Source: Clostridiales bacterium (GTDB taxonomy: Bacteria; Bacillota; Clostridia; Oscillospirales; CAG-272). From it: DNA of 64,000 bases. The stretch covers positions 3,062 to 67,061 of the forward strand of contig JAAYQM010000058.1 of the NCBI GenBank assembly GCA_012519315.1. Reading direction: 5' to 3'. Below the pieces are notes generated by a model. The model worked only from the letters and a program-made list of their open reading frames with translations, had not been told where the DNA came from and made no database searches. This document shows, piece by piece, positions 20,585-29,877 of the stretch (its first letter is position 1; the number at the start of each line of letters is the position of its first letter). A program made the translations under genes and the position numbers.

Positions 20585-21226
20585 ATGAAATTTGATGTAT
20601 GCATATATTCCGATGATGAAATATTTTCCCATATGCTCGCATGGGAGCTTCAATTTGCCGGTTTTAAGGCAATAACCGCGTACGCCCCTCAAAATCAGCC
20701 AGAGCCTGTCCGTCTTTATTTAATAGATGCCGATATGGCAAATCCTCCGATAACTCCGCCAAATACACCGGTTATCAGATTTTCTTCGGTTAAAAACCGT
20801 ACTGACGATTCGGTAGAGTTTATCCGTCCTTTTCAAACAAGCAGTCTGATCACAACGATTGCAGAGCTGCTCAAGCCCGCAAAATCAACTAAAAAAACAA
20901 AAAATGCGAAATCTGCGTCAAGAGCGCAATCGATTTTTTCGTTCTCGGACAGCAGCCATTCGGTAACAATCGGTGGAAAAACCTTAATCCTCAGCCCCCG
21001 GGAATATCTGCTGCTTAAGCATCTGTATCAAAAAAAGGGGCATCCGGTGTCAAGAGATGAGGCGGCCTCCGTCGTTTGGGAAAAGGAGGGCAACAACACA
21101 AATGTTGTAGACGTTTACATTTACTATTTGCGCAAAAAGCTGGAAAAGGCATTCGACGACAGAATGATCCACACAGTGCGAAACAAGGGGTACCTGCTAA
21201 AGCCGAAAAAGAACAGCCTTAGCTAA
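20585..21226 (+). CDS. OmpR/PhoB-type winged-helix regulator with shortened, atypical receiver domain (orphan)
   Basis: C-terminal Trans_reg_C pattern (LSPREYLLLKHLYQKKGHPVSRDEAASVVW...VVDVYIYYLRKKLE...IHTVRNKGYLL). The N-terminal ~95 aa carry SDDE and LIDAD but RPF in place of KPF. No kinase gene is nearby. Confidence 0.7.
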   Translation: MKFDVCIYSDDEIFSHMLAWELQFAGFKAITAYAPQNQPEPVRLYLIDADMANPPITPPNTPVIRFSSVKNRTDDSVEFIRPFQTSSLITTIAELLKPAKSTKKTKNAKSASRAQSIFSFSDSSHSVTIGGKTLILSPREYLLLKHLYQKKGHPVSRDEAASVVWEKEGNNTNVVDVYIYYLRKKLEKAFDDRMIHTVRNKGYLLKPKKNSLS

Positions 21227-21292
21227 CGTCAAAGGCAACCGCCCCCAACCATAATTATTCTATCAACATTGAATAAGTCTATTCAGCAAATG

Positions 21293-22804
21293 TTATTTTA
21301 CCGGAAAAGCGGCATTAATCTGACTGACAGCCGCATTGGCATAGCTGTTATAAAAAGTGCGATATGAGGCTTTAGAATTGATTGATGAAAAGAGCGCATC
21401 ATAGGTGGCTTTTCCCAACGCGGAATACCCGGACCCAAACATTAAGGCAAAATCAAAGCTCGCCGAGTTGGCAATGATATCGATCATATTAAGAGTATCA
21501 TTATCACGCACAACATAATTCATAGCATAGGTAATATACTCATCTGTCAAATATCCGTAGGACGCCGCATTTAGAGATTGCAAAACCAGCCCGGTTTCAC
21601 TTAGCCTGCTGTTGTTGGCAGGAACGGCAAAGACCGGCATTTCCTTTGTCACCGGGGAACGGTAGCCACTTTGAGCTTGGTCAATCTTTGGCAGCGGAAG
21701 TATCCCCCACCTGGCAGCACTGTCCGATAACGTATGCATCGTCAGTAGCGGTCCGGTATAGAAAAGCAAGCCCTTATTTGCAAATGCCTCAAGGTGCGTC
21801 TCCCTTTTATAAAGGGTTTTATCCTCATATAAAAGGGAATAGAGAAGAGCGGAGATCCTCTCGTGCTGCTCCCCCGGCTCATTGAGCACAGGCATCTGCC
21901 CCCAACCGGTACTCAGGTATTTTATACCTGTCGACCCTAAAACCATGTCCGAATAACTTCTGTCCACACTCTGCGCGCCATGTCCGCCGATACCGGTAGC
22001 AATACCATTTAAATCATAGGCAATCGCCTTTGCCATGGCACGATAGACATCCCATGTCCACTCACCCTTGTAAACCAGCTCATAAGGATTACCCATATCA
22101 AGCCTTGCCGCAAGATCAAAGTTGAAAAATACGCCATATATATAATCAGGATTTAGAACAGCATCCCCCGAAACCGCATAAACATTATATCCCGCGGTGC
22201 TTTGCAAAACCGATTCTTCATTAAAATAGGGCTCGTCAAGAAAGACATATGGTAAGCTCATAATATTAAGAAGATAGTTGCCGGCATAGAAGCTCCCCAC
22301 GCTTTCGGACGGCAGCATCAAAAGATCGGCATAATACATTCCCGAAGCAATTGAATCCTTCAGCTCTTGGAAAATCGTATCAACATCATTTGATGTAACA
22401 ATAATATTGACCCCATATTTCTTCTCAAGCATGGAATATCGCCGGTGTCTGGCCTTACTCAAGCTGTTATCCTCATCGTCTATGATAAGGGTCTTTTTAT
22501 CGACAGCGGAGATGAGAATCGACATATTTTTCATATCATAATCGGGCAGGTTATCAACATAATACTGCGCCATTTTCTTTTTATCTTCGGTACTTTTAGG
22601 GACTTTTGTAGTCACCGTTGTGCCATCGGTGGTCTGCTCCCCCGTCGACCAATCGCCCGTATCCGACTGCTCATCCGGTCTATTGATTATAATAATCCCG
22701 CATGACGAAAGGAGAAAAGCAAGTATTATAACAGCAATATATGAGCGCAGTAACACCGATATCGAGGGCCTTTGATTGGTCATATTGAAGTTGCTCCCTT
22801 TCAT
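21293..22804 (-). CDS. Lipoprotein, extracellular solute-binding-protein-like (paralog family of 50628..52088)
   Basis: Lipobox LLSSCG. It shares a pattern with the 50628 gene (YLxxxxxPxxxxxxxxxxxxxxDGxxYxxSGD...KGEWTWD / DNKWTLD). No transporter genes are adjacent. Confidence 0.5.
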   Translation of the reverse strand: MKGSNFNMTNQRPSISVLLRSYIAVIILAFLLSSCGIIIINRPDEQSDTGDWSTGEQTTDGTTVTTKVPKSTEDKKKMAQYYVDNLPDYDMKNMSILISAVDKKTLIIDDEDNSLSKARHRRYSMLEKKYGVNIIVTSNDVDTIFQELKDSIASGMYYADLLMLPSESVGSFYAGNYLLNIMSLPYVFLDEPYFNEESVLQSTAGYNVYAVSGDAVLNPDYIYGVFFNFDLAARLDMGNPYELVYKGEWTWDVYRAMAKAIAYDLNGIATGIGGHGAQSVDRSYSDMVLGSTGIKYLSTGWGQMPVLNEPGEQHERISALLYSLLYEDKTLYKRETHLEAFANKGLLFYTGPLLTMHTLSDSAARWGILPLPKIDQAQSGYRSPVTKEMPVFAVPANNSRLSETGLVLQSLNAASYGYLTDEYITYAMNYVVRDNDTLNMIDIIANSASFDFALMFGSGYSALGKATYDALFSSINSKASYRTFYNSYANAAVSQINAAFPVK

Positions 22805-23019
22805 CCCCTTGATTAAATAAAAAGATCACCAATTTATAATATACCTAATAATACTATAGTATAACTGGAGATTATAATTCAATTCAAATTTGTGAATGCG
22901 GTGTATCTATTTAATGTCGAAAAATGCTTCAATCGGTCCGGTTTGCTATCTATCCTTTTGTCTACAACAGCCGTCCAGCATGTTTGGACGGCTGTCTGCC
23001 TTTATATACCGCATTGTCC

Positions 23020-24345
23020 TCACCGATAACGACCCAGTTTTTTGTTCTTTTTCTGCCGATAGATCGATTTTATAAAAACATACAGAATAGTAAAGCACAC
23101 CCCGGATATCAGCGTTGCTCTAAAAAATCGGCTGTGTGAAAACTCATCAATTTTATTCATCACATACAAAAAGTCGCTGCGTTCCACACTGTTCTTTGTC
23201 ACCAGCGGAACACTGCCGATCATCCTGTCGCCATAAGATATCGTCACATATCCCGCCTCCTGTCCCTCATATACCGGGGCATCCAGCTTTGAATAGGTTA
23301 CCGTCCAAGTATATTCAAGATCGCTGTTCGGATCAATGTCAAGGGGGAGGAAAACGGTTAATGTCTCTTTAGGAACAAGGGTGACATAGTCGGCCTCAGT
23401 TGAAAGCTCGACCGGAATCTCACAGATCCGCTTTGAAGGATCTATCACATCCAGATAGCCAAAGCCGTTAAATGCCCAGGATAACAGAGCCTTTCCCGTA
23501 GTGTATGAATAAATATTGTTGTCGTCACCGGCGCCCCCCATAACAACACAAAGATAGGTCAGCCCATCCTTTTGCGCAGTAGAGACGAGGCAATGACCAG
23601 CCTCCTGCGTTGAGCCGACGTTTATCCCCCGGGCAGAGGGCATATAGTATTTGATTTCTTCATTTTTTGCAATCAGATAGTTCCGATTAAAAAGTGTGCG
23701 CTGCTCCGAAATATTAGTGGCAGGTATAACATGCTTTACTGTTGATGATACCTCCATGATAAATGCCGATTGATAAGCGGCAAGAGCAATTTTGGCAGTG
23801 TCGGCAGCAGTGGTATGCATTTCGTCGTGATGCAAGCCGGACGGATTTTTATATACGGTATTTGCCGCTCCCAACGCTGATGCCTTTTCATTCATCATCT
23901 CCACAAAACCGGCAATACTCCCCCCGCTTATAAAGGCAAGGGCATGGGCAGCATCATTGGCGCCCCGCATCAAAAGCCCGTAAAAAAGATTTCTGACAGA
24001 AATTTGCTCCCCGTTTTTCAGCCCGATATGGTTGCCCGTAACTCCGTTTAACATTTGAGCGGTTATCGTGACCGTCTCATCAAGGCGATGGGAAAGCTTT
24101 TCCTCCGCAACAAGAGCGGTCATAATCTTAACCGTTGAAGCGGGGTATATTTTATGGTGAATATTAAGCTCATAAAGAATTTGATTGTTTTCTATGTTAT
24201 ATAGATACGCACTTTGAACCTTTTCTACAACCGGATCATCAAGGGCGCGGACGTAGGGGGAGGGCAGCAAGCAGGCGAGTATCATCGCCGTCAGAAAAAA
24301 AGACAAAATGCGTCTCATATATTGATTAAACACCGATAAACACAT
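23020..24345 (-). CDS. D-alanyl-D-alanine carboxypeptidase (peptidase S11 family), C-terminal TM anchor
   Basis: SxxK is present (PASTVKIMTALVA), as is NPSGLHH. RBS AAAGGAGAGG precedes the ATG at 24345. The third motif reads GINVGST rather than KTG (see findings). Confidence 0.75.
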   Translation of the reverse strand: MCLSVFNQYMRRILSFFLTAMILACLLPSPYVRALDDPVVEKVQSAYLYNIENNQILYELNIHHKIYPASTVKIMTALVAEEKLSHRLDETVTITAQMLNGVTGNHIGLKNGEQISVRNLFYGLLMRGANDAAHALAFISGGSIAGFVEMMNEKASALGAANTVYKNPSGLHHDEMHTTAADTAKIALAAYQSAFIMEVSSTVKHVIPATNISEQRTLFNRNYLIAKNEEIKYYMPSARGINVGSTQEAGHCLVSTAQKDGLTYLCVVMGGAGDDNNIYSYTTGKALLSWAFNGFGYLDVIDPSKRICEIPVELSTEADYVTLVPKETLTVFLPLDIDPNSDLEYTWTVTYSKLDAPVYEGQEAGYVTISYGDRMIGSVPLVTKNSVERSDFLYVMNKIDEFSHSRFFRATLISGVCFTILYVFIKSIYRQKKNKKLGRYR

Positions 24346-24394
24346 GACCTCTCCTTTCCCACGCCATTATGCCATTGACAGAAAACGACATCGC

Positions 24395-25345
24395 CTATTT
24401 ATCAGAAAAATATACAATTGTATCTTCAATATCCTTTTTTACCGCGGTCCGCAACGCCTCAATATCCGAGAATCTTTTCTCATCACGCAGACGATGATAA
24501 AAGGTTACCTTGATTTTTTTCCCGTAAAGCAACCCGGAATAATTGATAATATGTGTTTCGCAATTAGGCACTAAACTTTCATTGTTAACGGTAGGACGTA
24601 TGCCGATATTGGCAACGCCCAAAAAGATGCTGCCCTCTATATTGCAGGTACAGCAGTAAACTCCGGGGCGAGGAATAATATGATTGGGCGGGAAATTTTG
24701 ATTGATCGTAGGAATACCGATCTTCCTTCCCAGCATATTGCCCCGAACGACAGGAAAATAAATAGAAAAAGGGCGACCCAAGAATTCGGCGGCACTTTCC
24801 ATCTCTCCGTTTTCGATGAATCCCCGAATCACCGAGGAGCTGACAATACGCTTACCCCTGGTAACAGGAGGAACAACCTTCGCATAACCGCCAACATTCC
24901 GCATTAATGACACAAGCTGCTCAGCATCACCCGAGGCACCTGCGCCAAACCGGAAATTAAAGCCGCAGACCGCAAGCTCGCATCGGCAGCGCTTATGAAG
25001 CATAAAGTAAACGAAATTCTCAGGCGACAGGTTCCGCACCGAATTAAAATCGACAAAAATCGCATAATCGAGTCCAAATTCCTTAAAAATAGCCAGCTTT
25101 TCCTCTGCCGTTGTCAAAAGCGGACCCTTTTTAACAAAGGAAACGGTGTTGGTCAGAGGCTGAGCAAAGGTCCAAACCGCCGTTTTGAGAGCTTTTTTTT
25201 CGGCTTCCTGTTTCATTACAGATATTAATTCCACATGTCCAAGATGGACACCGTCAAAATATCCGAGTGCGATTGCTAGGGGTGCGTCAGGCTCGGATAC
25301 CTGTTTTTTTGTTTTCAGATCTATAAAAATCACATTTATCTCCAT
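24395..25345 (-). CDS. ribF: Bifunctional riboflavin kinase / FMN adenylyltransferase
   Basis: Contains ALGYFDGVHLGH, the nucleotidyltransferase motif, and PTINQ...GVYCC...GVANIGIRPT, the riboflavin kinase motif. Start chosen at MEINV (25345); the ORF-track TTG at 25402 has no support. Confidence 0.9.
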   Translation of the reverse strand: MEINVIFIDLKTKKQVSEPDAPLAIALGYFDGVHLGHVELISVMKQEAEKKALKTAVWTFAQPLTNTVSFVKKGPLLTTAEEKLAIFKEFGLDYAIFVDFNSVRNLSPENFVYFMLHKRCRCELAVCGFNFRFGAGASGDAEQLVSLMRNVGGYAKVVPPVTRGKRIVSSSVIRGFIENGEMESAAEFLGRPFSIYFPVVRGNMLGRKIGIPTINQNFPPNHIIPRPGVYCCTCNIEGSIFLGVANIGIRPTVNNESLVPNCETHIINYSGLLYGKKIKVTFYHRLRDEKRFSDIEALRTAVKKDIEDTIVYFSDK

Positions 25346-25425
25346 AGAATCAACAATTTTAAGACAAATCGAATAAGGGCGCACATATAGGATGGCGCCC
25401 AAATCACATTTTAAGACATATCTTA

Positions 25426-25684
25426 TTAGAGGCCCAAATAATTTTTAACAAGTGCATTTAAAAGATCATCACGATCAAGTTTGCGTATCAAGGCACGGGC
25501 ATTTGTTATGATTAGTAATATATGTGGGATCTTCTGAAAGAATATAACCCACAATTTGATTAATCGGATTGTAGCCCTTCTCGTTCAACGCCTCATAAAC
25601 CGTCATAAGAATTCTTCTCAATTCTTCTTCCTTTTCATTCTGCAATGAAAAGGTGATCGTCTTATCGTTTTCACGCTTTTGCAT
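25426..25684 (-). pseudogene. ireB: IreB-family (UPF0297) regulatory phosphoprotein, interrupted by a 1-nt insertion
   Basis: [34 protein letters not shown] matches the IreB core. The rest, [25 protein letters not shown], is readable one frame over, as far as the stop at 25426-25428. The break lies in the AAA run at 25502-25504. Confidence 0.7.
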
Positions 25685-26022
25685 CGTATATTCCTTTCAC
25701 AAGACATTAGGCGCACATTCTATGACGTACACTTTTTACTGCTATGATTATCTTGATCCTTACTTATATTATATACTAACATCACCGCACTTTCAAGGGC
25801 GTTTTGCAAATAAATGTAATGTTTTATCTGTTTTTCAGGCTCCTTGGTGCAAAAATTAAAGCCCCTCTTTCACACAAGCATTAATATCCTCTCACATCCC
25901 GGACAAAAGGGATACAACAAGCAACAAAACTGCTGTACCGCCTTAATATGCAATTTACCAACAAATTTTATGCTCATACGATCCCTTTTCAGCAACTCCT
26001 GTCAAAAAAGTTATAATTAATA

Positions 26023-26051
26023 TTCAAAATGGCAATATAATGTGATATAAT
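26023..26051 (+). promoter_or_regulatory. Candidate sigma-A promoter for fhs (extended -10)
   Basis: TTCAAA, a 17-nt spacer, then TGaTATAAT, about 105 nt upstream of the fhs ATG. Confidence 0.4.
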
Positions 26052-26156
26052 AAAAAGGACCGTAAGAGGGCTTTGTATGGACAGCCCCTCATACAGACAA
26101 AAAAGCGGCCTGCATAGGCCGGTTCCTGCAAAATTAATATTCCACGGAGAAAGTTT

Positions 26157-27845
26157 ATGAAATCAGACATTGAAATTGCTCAGAGCACAAAACTGTTACC
26201 TATCAGCGATATTGCAGCTCAATTTGACATTCTCCCCGAGGAGCTTGAGCTGTACGGGCAATACAAGGCAAAAATTAACCAATCCTTTTTCGATAGAACA
26301 AAAAACATTCCGGACGGCAAGCTGATTCTTGTCACCGCCATTAACCCAACCCCTGCAGGGGAAGGAAAAACCACCACAACCGTCGGTCTCGGCATGGCCA
26401 TGAACCGCCTCGGTAAAAGGGCGGTTATCGCTCTTCGAGAGCCCTCCCTCGGTCCTGTTTTCGGCATAAAGGGCGGAGCTGCCGGCGGCGGATATTCCCA
26501 GGTGCTGCCTATGGAGGATATTAACCTTCATTTTACCGGCGACTTTCACGCAATCACCGCTGCAAACAACCTTCTCTGCGCTATGGTTGACAACAGTCTG
26601 CAGCAAGGCAACCCACTATCCATCGACTGCCGCCGTATCCGCATAAAAAGAGTGACCGACACAAACGACCGCGCTCTCCGCAATGTCATTGTCGGACTTG
26701 GCGGACGCATTAACGGCATCCCCCGCGAGGATCATTTTATGATCACCGTTGCTAGCGAGGTTATGGCCATACTCTGTCTTGCCGATTCGATCTCCGATCT
26801 AAAGGAACGGCTTGGTAATATTCTTGTGGCCTTCTCCACCGACGGACAGCCGGTCTATTGCCGTGATCTCGGCGTTCACGGCGCCATGGCCGCACTATTG
26901 AAGGATGCCCTCAAGCCGAATCTGGTGCAAACTACCGAAAACACCCCCGCCCTGATACACGGCGGTCCTTTTGCCAACATCGCCCACGGCTGCAATTCGG
27001 TAGCGGCTACCAAGCTTGCCCTCAAGCTGGGAGACTACGCCATTACCGAGGCCGGATTCGGTGCCGATCTCGGTGCCGAAAAATTCTTTGATATTAAATG
27101 CCGCAAAGCCGGTCTCCGCCCCTCTGCCGTTGTACTGGTGGCAACCATTCGTTCTCTGAAGTACAACGGAGGAGTTAGCAAAGACAATTTAGCTGCAGAG
27201 AATCTTGAGGCTCTCCGGGCAGGCTCGGTCAATCTGAAGGCTCATATCGAAAACATCGAAAAATACAATCTCCCCGTTGTCGTTGCCCTCAACAGATTCG
27301 GAAGCGACACCGATAACGAAGTTAACCTTGTGCTAAACCTTTGCAAGGAGGCGGGCGTTGACGTTGCCCTGTCAGAGGTCTTTACAAAAGGAGGAGAGGG
27401 CGGCATTGAGCTTGCACACAAAGTTGTTGCGGCCTGCGAAAAAGAGAGCGATTTCCGATATCTCTACGAGGATTCCCTCTCTATCAAGGATAAAATACAC
27501 AAAATCGCCACTGAAATTTACGGAGCCGATAATGTCAAGTTTGACAGCGCCGCTGAAAAATCCCTTGCCGAGATACTTGCAATAAGTGATCCCGCTCTCG
27601 GGCGTGACTATTCAAAGCTGCCCGTCTGTATTGCAAAAACTCAATATTCCCTCTCCGATGATGCCACAAAGCTCGGCAGACCGCGCGGCTTTACCTTAAA
27701 TGTGCGAGATCTCAGCCTATCGGCAGGCGCCGGATTTATTGTAGTCCTCACCGGCGAGATCATGACGATGCCCGGTCTTCCGAAATTACCGGCAGCCTGT
27801 CGTATCGACATTGACGAGAATGGCATCATCAGCGGGCTATTTTAA
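26157..27845 (+). CDS. fhs: Formate--tetrahydrofolate ligase
   Basis: Contains [22 protein letters not shown] and the overall 562-aa FTHFS pattern ([13 protein letters not shown]). Confidence 0.95.
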   Translation: MKSDIEIAQSTKLLPISDIAAQFDILPEELELYGQYKAKINQSFFDRTKNIPDGKLILVTAINPTPAGEGKTTTTVGLGMAMNRLGKRAVIALREPSLGPVFGIKGGAAGGGYSQVLPMEDINLHFTGDFHAITAANNLLCAMVDNSLQQGNPLSIDCRRIRIKRVTDTNDRALRNVIVGLGGRINGIPREDHFMITVASEVMAILCLADSISDLKERLGNILVAFSTDGQPVYCRDLGVHGAMAALLKDALKPNLVQTTENTPALIHGGPFANIAHGCNSVAATKLALKLGDYAITEAGFGADLGAEKFFDIKCRKAGLRPSAVVLVATIRSLKYNGGVSKDNLAAENLEALRAGSVNLKAHIENIEKYNLPVVVALNRFGSDTDNEVNLVLNLCKEAGVDVALSEVFTKGGEGGIELAHKVVAACEKESDFRYLYEDSLSIKDKIHKIATEIYGADNVKFDSAAEKSLAEILAISDPALGRDYSKLPVCIAKTQYSLSDDATKLGRPRGFTLNVRDLSLSAGAGFIVVLTGEIMTMPGLPKLPAACRIDIDENGIISGLF

Positions 27846-27850
27846 TTGAC

Positions 27851-28336
27851 ATGGACAAAAATATACGTATGATGCTTAATAAGAAAACTCACCACACAAC
27901 CAAAAACGTCGAACAAACGGAGCAAATCGGCTATGCTTTAGCCGATTCCCTTTTATCTGACGGGAGGAAAAGAACCTTTGTCGCTCTGTTTGGGGATATG
28001 GGAGTCGGCAAAACAGCCTTTTCCCGCGGTTTTACAGCAAGAATATCCCCCGCAGCCGCAGTGCGCAGCCCGACCTACACTATTGTAAACGAATACCACG
28101 GTGGAATTTTCCCTGTATTTCACTTCGATATGTACCGAATCACCGATGAGGACGACCTCTATTCAACCGGTTATTGGGAATATCTTGCCAAGGATGGCTA
28201 CTGCCTTTGCGAATGGAGCGAAAATATCCCCTATGCCCTGCCCGAGGCTTATATAAAGGTTGTTATATCCAAATCTCCAGACAACACCGAGAACCGCATA
28301 ATAACAATCGAGCCGGTGCTGCACCAGGACAATTAA
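27851..28336 (+). CDS. tsaE: tRNA t6A37 biosynthesis ATPase TsaE
   Basis: Walker A GDMGVGKTAFSRGF, SPTYTIVNEY and HFDMYR. Followed by tsaB. Confidence 0.85.
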   Translation: MDKNIRMMLNKKTHHTTKNVEQTEQIGYALADSLLSDGRKRTFVALFGDMGVGKTAFSRGFTARISPAAAVRSPTYTIVNEYHGGIFPVFHFDMYRITDEDDLYSTGYWEYLAKDGYCLCEWSENIPYALPEAYIKVVISKSPDNTENRIITIEPVLHQDN

Positions 28337-28402
28337 CCAAATATATTAAATAATTTTCAAGGAGCGATTAAGGCAGTTGTTGCCAAAATCATAAAAATAA
28401 AA

Positions 28403-29155
28403 TTGACCGTCATGACAAAGGATAACAAAAATGCAGCCCCCCTAATACTTGCCATAGACAGCACAGCCACAGTTGCAACCGTTGCCGTCACAAGGGGGCG
28501 ACAGCTGATGTCGGTGTCCACCTCGGACACAGGACACACTCATAGCGAAACCCTGCTCCCGATGATTGAATCCATGCTGAGAAATCTGCATATAAGCATC
28601 GAGGATATTGGTCTGTTTGCCTGTGCCACAGGTCCCGGCTCTTTTACCGGTGTGCGTATCGGGGTGTCTATTATCAAGGGGTTGGCATTCGGGCGGGATA
28701 TTCCGTGCGTATCGGTATCCCCGCTGGAGGCTCTCGCCGAGAATCTTTCAGGGCTTGAGGGCATCTTCTGCCCTGCCATGGACGCGCGCCGCAATCAAGT
28801 GTACAACGCTCTTTTCCGCTGTCAAAACGGAAAAACAGAACGGTTTGTCCCCGACCGTGCAATCGCTATAGCAGATCTTGCCACAGAGCTTGCTGCTTTT
28901 TCTGAAATGCCGATTTACCTTTCGGGAGATGCCTACAATCTGCTAACCGATAACCTCCCGAATTATGGTATTAAACCGGAACTCACTCCCGAGCTGTTGC
29001 GGCGTCAATCGGCTTATTCGGTTGCCCTATGCGGCTATGACGCCTTTTTAAGCGGGAAAACGGTTACTGCCGCTGCCCTCTCTCCCGTCTATTTGCGACT
29101 ACCCCAAGCGGAACGCGAAAGATTAAAAAAACAAAATAACCGCTCCCCTTCCTGA
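28403..29155 (+). CDS. tsaB: tRNA t6A37 biosynthesis protein TsaB
   Basis: Contains ILAIDSTATVATVAV...HSETLLPMIE...ATGPGSFTGVRIG, the YeaZ pattern. Confidence 0.85.
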   Translation: MTVMTKDNKNAAPLILAIDSTATVATVAVTRGRQLMSVSTSDTGHTHSETLLPMIESMLRNLHISIEDIGLFACATGPGSFTGVRIGVSIIKGLAFGRDIPCVSVSPLEALAENLSGLEGIFCPAMDARRNQVYNALFRCQNGKTERFVPDRAIAIADLATELAAFSEMPIYLSGDAYNLLTDNLPNYGIKPELTPELLRRQSAYSVALCGYDAFLSGKTVTAAALSPVYLRLPQAERERLKKQNNRSPS

Positions 29156-29207
29156 AGGGGTTTCTAAACCTATTAAACACTTTTACACTATCAAAACGGA
29201 GGAACAA

Positions 29208-29684
29208 ATGGAAAAACTGTTTAGCAAAATCTATATTGGTGCCGATTCGGCCGGATTTCAGCTTAAGGAGCAACTGATCGCCCACCTCACCTCACAAGGA
29301 TACGAGGTTGCCGACTGCGGCGCATACAATGAAGAAAGCAGCCACTATCCCGAGTTTGCAAAGCTTGTCTGTCAATCTGTTAAAGACGATAAATCCGCCG
29401 TCGGAATTCTTGTCTGCGGCACCGGCATCGGTATGAGTATCGCCGCAAACAAACACAGGGGCATCCGTGCCGCCGTCTGCGGAGATACCTTCAGCGCACG
29501 CATGACCCGCCTGCATAATAACGCTAATATCCTTTGTATCGGCGCACGGGTTATCGGATTCGGTCTTGCCGCCGACATTGTCGATCTCTTTGTCTCCACC
29601 CCGTTTGAGTCCGGAGGACGCCATGCCCTGCGCGTCGGAATGATCGATGAAATCGAAGCAGGCGAATATAACTGCAAAGCATAA
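29208..29684 (+). CDS. rpiB: Ribose-5-phosphate isomerase B
   Basis: Contains IGADSAGFQLKE, ILVCGTGIGMSIAANK and RMTRLHNNANILC. Confidence 0.9.
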   Translation: MEKLFSKIYIGADSAGFQLKEQLIAHLTSQGYEVADCGAYNEESSHYPEFAKLVCQSVKDDKSAVGILVCGTGIGMSIAANKHRGIRAAVCGDTFSARMTRLHNNANILCIGARVIGFGLAADIVDLFVSTPFESGGRHALRVGMIDEIEAGEYNCKA

Positions 29685-29799
29685 TATCCCTCTTTTTTTA
29701 CATTCGGTCCTTGCCGGCTGTAACAATATCCGGCAAACTGAATATAAAATAATGTGACCAATTTGCAATTGCTAATTTTGGGCCACAGAATATATTTTA

Positions 29800-29828
29800 T
29801 TGACACCTTTATTTGGTTGTGATAAAAT
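29800..29828 (+). promoter_or_regulatory. Candidate sigma-A promoter for the LbH-glmM operon
   Basis: TTGACA, a 17-nt spacer, then TGaTAAAAT, 50 nt upstream of the ATG at 29878. Confidence 0.5.
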
Positions 29829-29877
29829 ATTTACGCGCATTTTTCCACCTGCGTAATCTAAAGAAAGGAGGAATATT

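Noticed and set aside
26052-26156. ZTP (pfl) or THF riboswitch upstream of fhs
   Set aside because: The conserved GACUGGCG / CCGCCUGGGC (ZTP) and THF core sequences are absent. It is kept only as an unexplained structured leader.
29292-29806. 158-aa and 144-aa ORFs on the minus strand
   Set aside because: They are antisense to rpiB and its downstream spacer and have no coding signal.
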